A DNA stretch of 64,000 bases, taken from assembly GCA_050633305.1 (NCBI GenBank), contig JBOEGF010000011.1, positions 171,944-235,943 of the forward strand, read 5' to 3'. Position 1 is the first letter of the stretch. The number at the start of each line of letters is the position of its first letter. Below are positions 1 through 8,697 of the stretch, piece by piece. Origin of the DNA: Nannocystales bacterium. GTDB lineage: Bacteria; Myxococcota_A; Polyangia; Nannocystales; Nannocystaceae. A program made the translations under genes and the position numbers. Below the pieces are notes generated by a model. The model was not told the DNA's origin. It worked only from the letters and a program-made list of their open reading frames with translations, and ran no database searches.

Positions 1-10
1 TGTCGGCATC

Positions 11-2014
11 GTGTCGATGGGCCTGACGGTGCTCGTTGTCGTGCTGCCGTGGATCCTCGAGGCCGCCGCACGGCTCTTCTTCGGTCGGGGCATGTTGCGG
101 TTCGCCGTGGCGGCCGCCGGCGCTCGCGCGGTGCTGATGCTCGGCGCCGGACTTGGCCGCCAACAGCCGATCTTGCGGGGGCTTGCGGTGCTCGAGCGCG
201 AAGGCGTCGATGCGGCGGTCGGCTACTTCCGGGGACTCGCACACGAGACGGAAGACGGTGGCGAGCTGGCGCTGATCAACGAGCAGATCGTCTCGATGCT
301 GCTGTACGGACAGCGATGGGACGAAGGGATCCGGCACTACGAGTCCCGGTTCCACCCGCGCTACGCCGCGCTACGCCCGGCCCTGGTGCTGGGCCTGATG
401 CGGGCGTACGGCGAGGTCGGGGCTTTGGAGCGCGCGGCCGCACTGCTGCAGGCGCTCGAAGACGGCCCGGTGGGCAACGATCCGCGCTCGCTCGGGCTGG
501 TCTCGCAGGCCCGTCTCACCTTCTTGGTCTACGCGGGGGCCGAGGGGACGGTTGTCGATGCGTTGGGCAGCACCGCTCGCCGTCAGCTTGGGCTCTCGGC
601 GGCCAGCGGCGCGCTGTTTCGGGGTCTCGTCGCTCGGCAAGCAGGCGATGCGGGTCGGGCCCGCAGTGAGCTCGAGCAGGTCGAGGACCTGGCAGGCCGC
701 CGTGATGACCGTGTCGTGGAGTCTGCCCGGCGCGCGATGGGGGAACTGGGTGCTCCACCCGCGCTGCTGGAGCCGGTGAGCATCGCGGATGAGTTGGTGC
801 CGTACGTCGAGGCGGTGGCCGCACGCCTCAAGGCGTTCGTTCGGCTCGCGCCGTCGGTCAAGCGCTCCGGGACTCTGATCGCCACACCCGCTCTCTTGGT
901 GGTCCTGGGCGTCGGCTACTTCGCGATGCGTTGGCTCGATGCCGGCGGCCTCGCCCTTCTACAGATCGGCGCGTCCACGCCCGACATGATCCGCGGCGCG
1001 GGGTGGTGGCGGATCTGGACCGGGAGCTGGGTGCACGGCGACCCGCTTGGGCTGCTGCTCGACCTGTACACGATCTGGTTCGCCGCACCCTTGGTCGAGC
1101 GGATGTCCGGAACCGGGAGGGTGGTGATCATCGCGCTGCTGGGTTCGGCGGTCGGCGTGTTTGTCAGCGCGAGCCTGGGCCCGCAACTCGGTATGGTGCT
1201 TGGCGGCGGAGGCCCTGCCGCCACAGCTCTGCTTGGCGCCGCGGTGGCGTTGCTGTTCAAACCCGGGGATGGCGGTGTTCGGCAGGCCGCACGGCGCCGA
1301 ATGATGGTCCCGCTGGTGATGGTCGCAATCGTGCAAGCCGTGTCTGCGATCCCCGGTTTCCTCGCGGTCGAAGCGTCGTGGCATGGCCTTGCGGCCGCGG
1401 TGGTCGTGGGCGCGCTGCTCGCATTCCTCCCCAGCCGCGTCGCGATGCGGTGGGTCGAGCTGGGGACCGCACTCTTGTTGGTCGCCGGATGCTCGTTCGC
1501 GTTGGTTCGCGCGGCGCGACAGGAGCCCTTGTCCTTGGTGTCGGACGCCCCGTGGACGGCCTTCGAATCCGGCCCCGCAACGATCTCGACCCCGCGTACG
1601 TTTGAGTTCATCGACGAGCGGCAGGACGTCGCCGGGCTGCCGCTGCCGCTGCAGATCGGTGTGTTGGATGGGCTCGCGCTCCGGGCCGGGGATCTCGCTC
1701 AAGTGGCGGTGGTCGTGCCGGATCATGACGCGGAGCTGACGGTCCCCGGATTGCTCTTGCTCGACCCCAGCCTCGACGCGGAGCTGACGCTGGTTCCGCG
1801 GGAGCTGCCCGAGGCATTCGTCGAAATGGGCGTGGAGGCCGACGCCTACGCGGTGCGCCGCAATGGAGCGGAGCTGGGGATCACGCTAGAGCGCCGCCTG
1901 GGTCCAGCCCCGGATGACCCCTGCGTGGTGCTCTTTGCCGCTCCTGGGGCCCTCGAGCGCCAGGCTTCCATCTACGCCCGGATCCTCACCGAGGCTAGAT
2001 TGTCCCAGCCCTGA
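11..2014 (+). CDS. Rhomboid-like membrane protein with N-terminal helical/TPR-like region; probably catalytically inactive; may start upstream of the window
   Basis: WWRIWTGSWVH...LVERMSG rhomboid L1/TM2 signature and multiple TM helices; GxSG is replaced by LGGGG; frame is open to the window edge. Confidence 0.7.
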   Translation: MSMGLTVLVVVLPWILEAAARLFFGRGMLRFAVAAAGARAVLMLGAGLGRQQPILRGLAVLEREGVDAAVGYFRGLAHETEDGGELALINEQIVSMLLYGQRWDEGIRHYESRFHPRYAALRPALVLGLMRAYGEVGALERAAALLQALEDGPVGNDPRSLGLVSQARLTFLVYAGAEGTVVDALGSTARRQLGLSAASGALFRGLVARQAGDAGRARSELEQVEDLAGRRDDRVVESARRAMGELGAPPALLEPVSIADELVPYVEAVAARLKAFVRLAPSVKRSGTLIATPALLVVLGVGYFAMRWLDAGGLALLQIGASTPDMIRGAGWWRIWTGSWVHGDPLGLLLDLYTIWFAAPLVERMSGTGRVVIIALLGSAVGVFVSASLGPQLGMVLGGGGPAATALLGAAVALLFKPGDGGVRQAARRRMMVPLVMVAIVQAVSAIPGFLAVEASWHGLAAAVVVGALLAFLPSRVAMRWVELGTALLLVAGCSFALVRAARQEPLSLVSDAPWTAFESGPATISTPRTFEFIDERQDVAGLPLPLQIGVLDGLALRAGDLAQVAVVVPDHDAELTVPGLLLLDPSLDAELTLVPRELPEAFVEMGVEADAYAVRRNGAELGITLERRLGPAPDDPCVVLFAAPGALERQASIYARILTEARLSQP

Positions 2015-2050
2015 GCAGTTTGGCTGAGGCTGGCTATACTTCCAGCCGGC

Positions 2051-3049
2051 GTGTCGCGGCGTAGACGCAGCAACCCCGTCGGCCCTGTGGTGGGGGCGAT
2101 TGTGGGTTCCTTCCTGGCTCACCTGGTGTTGTGGCCGGTCGGCGAACGCATCGTGAAGCTCGGCCGCGACCGGGCGCTCCCGGAGCGCGAGAACACGGTC
2201 ATGGAGGTCACGCTCAGCCCGGCGCCGACGCCGGCGGACGACGACGAGGTGAGCAACGGAAAGACGGTGCGGCTGGATGCCGTCGCGGACGAACGGCCTC
2301 CGAAGGATGCGACCCGCGTCTCGGAGTTCGACAACAGCACGGACCGCGAGACCGTGGCGCCCAGGCGCCGGCGGTCCCGAGCCACGATTCCGCAGGGGAC
2401 TCCGAAGCCCAACGATGACCACAACGCGGGTCCGAAGGCGATGAGCCCGGACGCCCCGGCGCCGCGGGGGACCGCACTTCCACTAGGCGGGGCTCGGTCG
2501 GCCGGGTCGGACGGCGCGCGTTCGGGTAGCAGCGATGACGCTTCGACGCCGACACCCCCGGCTCCGACCTTTGCGCCCAGTCCTCGCTCGCTCAAGGGCT
2601 TGCCCAGGTCTCGGTCGCGAGAGCGGGGCGCACCCGGCTCGACCGAGAAAATCGACGATGTGGAGGAGGGAGATGCGTCGGTCCTCAACGCGCAGCGGTG
2701 GAAATACGCTTCGTTCTTCAACCGCATGCGGGACGGCATCGACTCCCACTGGGACCCCGCGGCACGGCGACGGGAGCGAGACCCTGACGGTCGTATCAGC
2801 GGAACCAAGACCCGTATCACCCGGGTGATGATGATCCTCAACCCCGACGGCAGTCTGCACAAGGTCAAGACACTCAAGAGCAGCAATGTCGACTACCTCG
2901 ACGAGGAGGCGATCCAGGCGATTCGGCAGGCAGCGCCGTTCCCCAATCCACCTCTGGGCATGCTCGACCCTGAAGATGGCAAACTTCACTTGCCCGTTGG
3001 CTTCATCGTCGAGATGGGCAAAGCCCGCATCTTCCGGATCAAGCGCTAG
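2051..3049 (+). CDS. TonB family protein (N-terminal TM anchor, Pro-rich linker, TonB C-terminal domain)
   Basis: SFLAHLVLW TM with the S..H motif; C-terminal YASFFNRMR...LNPDGSL...SSNVDYLDEEAIQAIRQAAPFPNPP. Confidence 0.8.
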   Translation: MSRRRRSNPVGPVVGAIVGSFLAHLVLWPVGERIVKLGRDRALPERENTVMEVTLSPAPTPADDDEVSNGKTVRLDAVADERPPKDATRVSEFDNSTDRETVAPRRRRSRATIPQGTPKPNDDHNAGPKAMSPDAPAPRGTALPLGGARSAGSDGARSGSSDDASTPTPPAPTFAPSPRSLKGLPRSRSRERGAPGSTEKIDDVEEGDASVLNAQRWKYASFFNRMRDGIDSHWDPAARRRERDPDGRISGTKTRITRVMMILNPDGSLHKVKTLKSSNVDYLDEEAIQAIRQAAPFPNPPLGMLDPEDGKLHLPVGFIVEMGKARIFRIKR

Positions 3050-3073
3050 CTAGCGGCCGTCCGTTCCACGACG

Positions 3074-3634
3074 CTAGGTTGCCGTGGTCTGGGCGGCCGT
3101 TTCAACGGTGGCCTTGAGGTCGCGCATGAACGTGTCGAAGTCGGGCCGGAAGTCCGGGAGCTTCTTCGCGATCATGCCCATCATCGACCCCGTCATCACC
3201 TCCGCCATGGTGACATCGGTGGAGCCGTCGGGCAGGGCCGTGAGGGTGAAGGTGCGGACGCCCTTGAACATCGCGTTGCCGTCCTGCCACACCAAGCGGG
3301 TGGGAGCTTCGAAGGTGCTCACCTCGAGGTTGAAGGTACGCTTGGGGTCGAGCTTGACCTTCAGCTTGATCTCCTCGCCCGGCGCGATGGTCCCTTCGAG
3401 AGAGGTCACTGTGGAGTTCCAGCTCGGGTACGCGGGCCCGTCGGTCAGTACGGCCCAGACCGCGGCCGGGGGTGCATCGATGTGAACCCCGACCCGCGTC
3501 TCCCGGTAGCGCTTTCCGTCGAGCTGGCTCGAGGCCTCACCGACAGCGATCGGCGCGGCGGATTCTGCCGGCGCAGTCGACGCGCATCCGAGCAGATTGA
3601 CGAAGAGGGCGCCGAAGGAGAGCCGGTTGGTCAT
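3074..3634 (-). CDS. SRPBCC/START-like domain protein, probable lipoprotein
   Basis: IDAPPAAVWAVLTDGPAYPSWN motif; LLGC lipobox-like N-terminus. Confidence 0.8.
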   Translation of the reverse strand: MTNRLSFGALFVNLLGCASTAPAESAAPIAVGEASSQLDGKRYRETRVGVHIDAPPAAVWAVLTDGPAYPSWNSTVTSLEGTIAPGEEIKLKVKLDPKRTFNLEVSTFEAPTRLVWQDGNAMFKGVRTFTLTALPDGSTDVTMAEVMTGSMMGMIAKKLPDFRPDFDTFMRDLKATVETAAQTTAT

Positions 3635-3652
3635 GGCTTGCAGTCAACCACC

Positions 3653-3669
3653 ATTGCTTCCAACGCACT
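3653..3669. promoter_or_regulatory. Candidate LysR recognition box (T-N11-A in an imperfect dyad ATTGC-N7-GCACT)
   Basis: Lies in the AT-rich divergent intergenic region between the SRPBCC gene and the LysR gene. Confidence 0.4.
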
Positions 3670-3748
3670 AGATAGTAATAATGGATGTCTCTTTTGCCGA
3701 ACCAGCAAGAGTCCACTGCGTGCTCGAGGGCAAGGTGAGGACGTCCCG

Positions 3749-4660
3749 GTGGCCATCGCAGACATCGATCTCAACGACCTGGCGGTCTTCACCGAAGTCG
3801 TCCGACGCCGGAGCTTCTCCGCGGCCGGCCGTGCGTTGGGCTTGCCGCCCTCGGCCGTCAGTCGACGGGTCGCGCGGTTGGAGGACCAACTCGGGTATGT
3901 GCTGTTGCATCGAACGACGCGCTCGGTAGGGCTGACCCCGGCGGGTCGGATCTACTTCGAGCGGACCGCTCGCATTCTGCACGACGTCGAGGACGCCGCA
4001 CGGGCGGTGAGCGAGTTCCGCTCCACCCCGGCGGGTCTCCTCCGCGTGACTGCACCGCCCGATGACGGCGGCGTGGTGTGGGCGATGCTGACCGGGTTCG
4101 TCCGAGACCACCCCGATGTGGACTTGGAGGTCATCCACACCCTCGACCGGGTGGACCTGGTCTCCGAGGGGATCGACGTCGCGCTTCGGGGTGGGCAACC
4201 TCCAGACTCTACGGTGCTGTGCGCCCGAAAACTTGTCGACTCCAGGCTGCTGCTCGTGGCGAGTCCGGACTACCTGTCTGCAAAAGGCACCCCCTCGATT
4301 CCTGAGGACCTCGCGGAGCACGACTGTGTCGCGATGGACAACTGGGTCCCCAATGCCATTTCCGCACTCCAAGGCCCCAACGGCCCCGTGAAGGTTGAGT
4401 TTCGGAACCGGGTTCGCACCAACCGACAGGAGACCGCCCGCAAGGCAGCCATCGACGGCTTTGGTGTCGCGCCAGTCGTCGAGATGACCTGTTGGCGAGA
4501 ACTCGAATCGGGTGCGCTGGTCGAGGTCTTGCCCGGAGCGCTCCCGGGGCCCTCGCCGATGTATGCGGTCTATCCCTCGGCGCGTGGCACGAGTGCGGCG
4601 GTGTTGGCACTGGTCGATCACCTGGTGGCCGTGGTGCCGACCCTGCTGCCCTCACCGTGA
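3749..4660 (+). CDS. LysR family transcriptional regulator (DmlR/CrgA-like)
   Basis: DLNDLAVFTEVV..RSFSAAGRALGLPPSAVSRRVARLEDQLG..LLHRTTR HTH; substrate domain DLVSEGIDVALR; GTG start inferred. Confidence 0.92.
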   Translation: MAIADIDLNDLAVFTEVVRRRSFSAAGRALGLPPSAVSRRVARLEDQLGYVLLHRTTRSVGLTPAGRIYFERTARILHDVEDAARAVSEFRSTPAGLLRVTAPPDDGGVVWAMLTGFVRDHPDVDLEVIHTLDRVDLVSEGIDVALRGGQPPDSTVLCARKLVDSRLLLVASPDYLSAKGTPSIPEDLAEHDCVAMDNWVPNAISALQGPNGPVKVEFRNRVRTNRQETARKAAIDGFGVAPVVEMTCWRELESGALVEVLPGALPGPSPMYAVYPSARGTSAAVLALVDHLVAVVPTLLPSP

Positions 4661-4778
4661 CATCACCAGCCGGCCGGATGTTTGGGCGGCGGCATTCGAC
4701 CCCATCATGGTCGTCTTTCTTGCGCCCTTGAGGTGATCATTGTGGCGGCGGCGAACACTACCGCTGCGCGAGCTCACA

Positions 4779-7265
4779 ATGCAGATCACACTTGCTGGTA
4801 CATGGCGCCCTGCGGCGGCGGCGGTCCTGATGATGTCGATCGGTTGCGGCGACGACACGGCCTCCGCGTCCGCGTCCGCATCATCGACCACCACGGAAAC
4901 AGAGGGAGGCGAGGATGCTTCGTCCTCGTCCGGGTCGAGCACGGACGCGCTGCCACCGGAGACCGCAGGTCCCAGCCCCGGGTCGGAGTCCGGCGAGGGC
5001 ACGAGCACTGGAGGAGAGCCGCCGGACCCCGTTCCATTGGAGGGGCCTTCTGCCTCGTTGGGCTACGCGGCGAGCTGTCAGGTGAACGCCGACGGCGCGC
5101 TGTCTTGCTGGGGCGATGGGCGCTGCGGGTTGTTTGGCGACGGCACCCATCACACCCGGGGGCCCGAGGTCCTCGGCGACTCGACGGGTTGGAACTCGGT
5201 GAGCCTGGGCTTGGCGCACGGATGCGGCATCGAGGACGAGGGCTCGCTTTGGTGCTGGGGGGACGGATTGTCCGGGCGGGTTGGGGACGGTGGTGCCGAC
5301 CAGTTCCCGTTCGGGCTGAACTGTCGCCTGCATCGGGTCGAGGTGGAGCCGCTCGGCGGGTGGGCGCAGGTCTCCAGCGGAGAAGACCACACCTGCGCGG
5401 TCCGTCAGGACGGGACGCTGTGGTGTTGGGGAAGCAACGAGGTGGGGCAGATCGGTGACGGCGCGGTGGGGGGAGCCTACAACCGGCTGCGACCGGTGCA
5501 GGTCGGACCGGACGACGATTGGTTGGAAGTCCACGCTGGGTCCGCGCACTCGTGCGGTCGGCGGCGCGACGAGACGGTGTGGTGTTGGGGGCGAGGGGTT
5601 GCGCTCGGCGACGGCGGAGGGCCGAGTTTCTCGAGTCTGCCCGTGATGGTCGCGGGGCCGACAGCGTGGCAAGCGCTGCCGCGCGGGCTCTCAGAGCACA
5701 CGTGTGCCATCGACACCGAGGGAGGCGTCTGGTGCTGGGGTGAAGGGGGGTCGGGTTCGCTGGGTCCCGGTGCGGAGTTCGACAGTCGCGAACCGGTCGC
5801 GGTCGAGCTTCCCGAGCCTGCCATGGAAGTCGCGGTTGGGTTCCGCCTCTCGTGTGCGGTCCTCGACAGCGGCGCGGTGTGGTGTTGGGGCGACAATGGC
5901 CATGGGGAGCTGGGCCTTCCTCTCGATGTCGAGAACTCGAGCATTCCCGTTGAGCCACATCCAGGGATCATCGCCCAAGATGTCCGCATCGGTGTCGGGA
6001 CGGTCTGCATCACCGACGAGGAACTCCAAGCGATGTGCTGGGGCCAGAATCGCTACGGAGAGGTCGGTGACCACACTTCGGGAGCCGACAACGCGCTACG
6101 CATCGAGCCGGCGGTTGTTGGTGAGTCCGCGGTGGAAGACTCGGTCGATGATTGGCGTCTGCTCGACGTCGGGACGGCCCACGGGTGCGGCATTCGGCAG
6201 GACGAGTCCCTGTGGTGTTGGGGGTCCCGCCGTTTCGGCCGACTGGGCAACGCCGATGAGACTCAGGACTGTTCGGCCGTGAATCCCTCGGACTGCCACG
6301 TGACCACGCCGGTCGCCGTGTCGGGCGGGCACCAGTGGTCGTCGGTGGCCGTGGGGGGGTCCCACACGTGCGGGCTGGATGATGCGGCGGCACTGTGGTG
6401 TTGGGGGCGCGCGAGCTCGGGCGGTGTCGCGGACAGCGACGCCACGCAGCCCACTGCGGTGCTCGCGGGCGCGACGTGGGTGTCGGTCGCGGCGGGCGAC
6501 TCGTACTCGTGTGGTGTGCAGGCTGAGGGCTCGTTGTGGTGCTGGGGCAACTCCAGCTTTGGTGAACTCGGACAGGGCGCACAGGGGGTGGACGGGTTTC
6601 AGAGTGTTCCGACACAGGTCGGCACACAGACCGACTGGTTGCAGGTCGTCGCCGGGTCGAACCACGCATGTGGCCTTCGGGCTGAGGGCTCGTTGTGGTG
6701 CTGGGGCTTGAACAACGCGGGGCAGATCGGTAACGGTGAGCAGACCGCTGGACTCCCCAGTGGAGAGCAGGGGGTGGTGGATCCGTACGAGGTCGCGGGG
6801 TCGTGGACGGCCGTGGACGCGGGATCGAGCCACACCTGTGCCGTCGACGACGCCGGTGCGCTGTGGTGTTGGGGTGGCAACAGCTCCGGAGCGTCGGGTC
6901 AGGATCCAGAAGGAGCCACTGCGATCTTGACTCCGACGCAGCTCGGGGCTGAGACCGACTGGCTGTCGGTTGGACTCGGCCGAGAAGGGTCCTGTGGGCT
7001 CAAGACGGACGGGCGGTTGTTCTGTTGGGGCTCGCGCGAGAACGGAGTCGTTGGGGACGGAGTCATCGCTCCAGATGCCGCGAGCGCGACCCCGGTCCTG
7101 GTCGGGGCGGACGACGACTCATGGATCTCGATCGAGTCCAGTGGCTTCACGGTTTGCGGGACTCGCAGTGACGGAAGTGGATGGTGTTGGGGCGAGAACT
7201 TCTACGGTCAGCAAGGCAACGACACGGTGTTCGACTCCGGGCTGCCTCGGAGGGTTGTGCAATGA
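4779..7265 (+). CDS. RCC1-repeat lipoprotein (probably two beta-propellers)
   Basis: SIGC lipobox, Ser/Thr/Gly linker, about 14 repeats of G..H.C.....G.LWCWG. Confidence 0.9.
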   Translation: MQITLAGTWRPAAAAVLMMSIGCGDDTASASASASSTTTETEGGEDASSSSGSSTDALPPETAGPSPGSESGEGTSTGGEPPDPVPLEGPSASLGYAASCQVNADGALSCWGDGRCGLFGDGTHHTRGPEVLGDSTGWNSVSLGLAHGCGIEDEGSLWCWGDGLSGRVGDGGADQFPFGLNCRLHRVEVEPLGGWAQVSSGEDHTCAVRQDGTLWCWGSNEVGQIGDGAVGGAYNRLRPVQVGPDDDWLEVHAGSAHSCGRRRDETVWCWGRGVALGDGGGPSFSSLPVMVAGPTAWQALPRGLSEHTCAIDTEGGVWCWGEGGSGSLGPGAEFDSREPVAVELPEPAMEVAVGFRLSCAVLDSGAVWCWGDNGHGELGLPLDVENSSIPVEPHPGIIAQDVRIGVGTVCITDEELQAMCWGQNRYGEVGDHTSGADNALRIEPAVVGESAVEDSVDDWRLLDVGTAHGCGIRQDESLWCWGSRRFGRLGNADETQDCSAVNPSDCHVTTPVAVSGGHQWSSVAVGGSHTCGLDDAAALWCWGRASSGGVADSDATQPTAVLAGATWVSVAAGDSYSCGVQAEGSLWCWGNSSFGELGQGAQGVDGFQSVPTQVGTQTDWLQVVAGSNHACGLRAEGSLWCWGLNNAGQIGNGEQTAGLPSGEQGVVDPYEVAGSWTAVDAGSSHTCAVDDAGALWCWGGNSSGASGQDPEGATAILTPTQLGAETDWLSVGLGREGSCGLKTDGRLFCWGSRENGVVGDGVIAPDAASATPVLVGADDDSWISIESSGFTVCGTRSDGSGWCWGENFYGQQGNDTVFDSGLPRRVVQ

Positions 7266-8626
7266 AAACGAAACTGATTCTGGGAGCAGTGCTGTTGGTT
7301 GTCGGCTGTCCGAGCGACGGCGGGGGCGGTGTGGCCGACACCGATTCGAGCACCGGGCCTGGCGCCACGGACACCAACGCTTCGTCGGGGAAGGGGCCGA
7401 CGTCGGGTCAGGAACCCACCACGACGGGGACGTCCGGGGGCCCGGACGGGAGCACCACAGCGCAAGAGACTGGGGAGGACGGCTGGCCAGAGCCCCAGCC
7501 GCCGCTCCCGTGTCCGGAGGAGTACCGATGCCGGGAGGACCAGGACCTCGACGCTGCACCGCTGGAGTGTGACAACGCGCCCGACCACACGAACCCGGAC
7601 CAAGGGGACATGGACTTCGACAGCATCGGGGATGTCGCCGACCTCTGTCCGACGGTGCAGGGGATCAACAACACCGCGGACAGCGACCGTGACGGGGTGG
7701 GGAACGCGTGCGACCGCTGTCCGTTGAGCGCAGGGAGCTATCTTGCGACCGGGCTTGGTGGGCTGAGTGATGCGTTCGCGTTTCGCTCGATGCCCGACCA
7801 AGGCGACGCGGACGGCGATGGCATCGGGGACGCGTGTGACAACTGCGTGCAAACGCCCAATTGCCTAGGCTACGGAGAGGGGCTCGAGCACGAACTCGGA
7901 GTGCAACTCGACATCGAGGACCCTCAGTGTCAGGCAGATGCGGACGGGGACTTCATTGGCGATGCGTGTGAAGGTCTGACGTTGCCGGGTGCTGCGGGGC
8001 CTGTGGGCATGGGGCCGGGCGACGACTTCGATCAAGATGGCATCGCCAACGCGCAGGACGCATGCGTGCGCTTGCCCGTGGCGCAGCCGGGCGGCCGCCA
8101 CGTGGATTCGGACTCCGACGGGGTGGGGGACCGATGTGACAACTGCCCGTTCACGAGCAACTCCGGCCAGGCCGACACCGACGGCGACGCGGTTGGAGAT
8201 GCATGTGAAGCGGGCGCCTGCGCCGAACGGGCCAACCCGCGGCCTTTCGGATTCTTCGACGCGTCGGTCGGCGGGTGGTGTTGCACGTCGTCCTACGAGG
8301 GGCAGGAGCTGCTCGACCCCGACGGCAATCCTCTGCAACCCGGAGACTTGCCACCGCTGGGCGCAGGCGTGCTCGAACTCCCTGCGGGGTGCGACGGTGA
8401 AGCGCAGCGGGTCACGTTGGACGACGTGGGCTCCGACGAGGCGTTGTGGGACTACCTGTGCCGCTTGCCGCAGTGGGACCAGGACTTCGACGGGGTGCCC
8501 GACGCGTGCGACATGTGCCGTTGGGCGTTTGACCCCACCAACGCTCCCTATGTCGATGCAAACGGCATGACCTGGCCGACCGACGGCGCCTTTTGCAACG
8601 GCGAGTACCGCTGCGAGGACGAGTGA
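7262..8626 (+). CDS. Thrombospondin type 3 repeat (Ca-binding) lipoprotein
   Basis: VVGC lipobox; repeated D.D.DG.GDACDNC motifs; ATGA overlap with the RCC1 gene stop. Confidence 0.88.
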   Translation: MKTKLILGAVLLVVGCPSDGGGGVADTDSSTGPGATDTNASSGKGPTSGQEPTTTGTSGGPDGSTTAQETGEDGWPEPQPPLPCPEEYRCREDQDLDAAPLECDNAPDHTNPDQGDMDFDSIGDVADLCPTVQGINNTADSDRDGVGNACDRCPLSAGSYLATGLGGLSDAFAFRSMPDQGDADGDGIGDACDNCVQTPNCLGYGEGLEHELGVQLDIEDPQCQADADGDFIGDACEGLTLPGAAGPVGMGPGDDFDQDGIANAQDACVRLPVAQPGGRHVDSDSDGVGDRCDNCPFTSNSGQADTDGDAVGDACEAGACAERANPRPFGFFDASVGGWCCTSSYEGQELLDPDGNPLQPGDLPPLGAGVLELPAGCDGEAQRVTLDDVGSDEALWDYLCRLPQWDQDFDGVPDACDMCRWAFDPTNAPYVDANGMTWPTDGAFCNGEYRCEDE

Positions 8627-8639
8627 GCGAGCACGAATG

Positions 8640-8677
8640 AACAAAGGCGGCGAGTCCGAGGACGCGCCGCCTTTGTT
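8640..8677. terminator. Bidirectional intrinsic terminator
   Basis: Perfect 13-bp inverted repeat AACAAAGGCGGCG/CGCCGCCTTTGTT between convergent genes. Confidence 0.8.
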
Positions 8678-8697
8678 GTGTCGCCGAAACGCTGAAC

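Noticed and set aside
5080..7200. Regularly recurring TGGTG(T/C)TGGGG words resembling a spaced repeat array
   Set aside because: They encode the WCWG motif of RCC1 repeats; too short, in-frame, no cas genes, so not CRISPR
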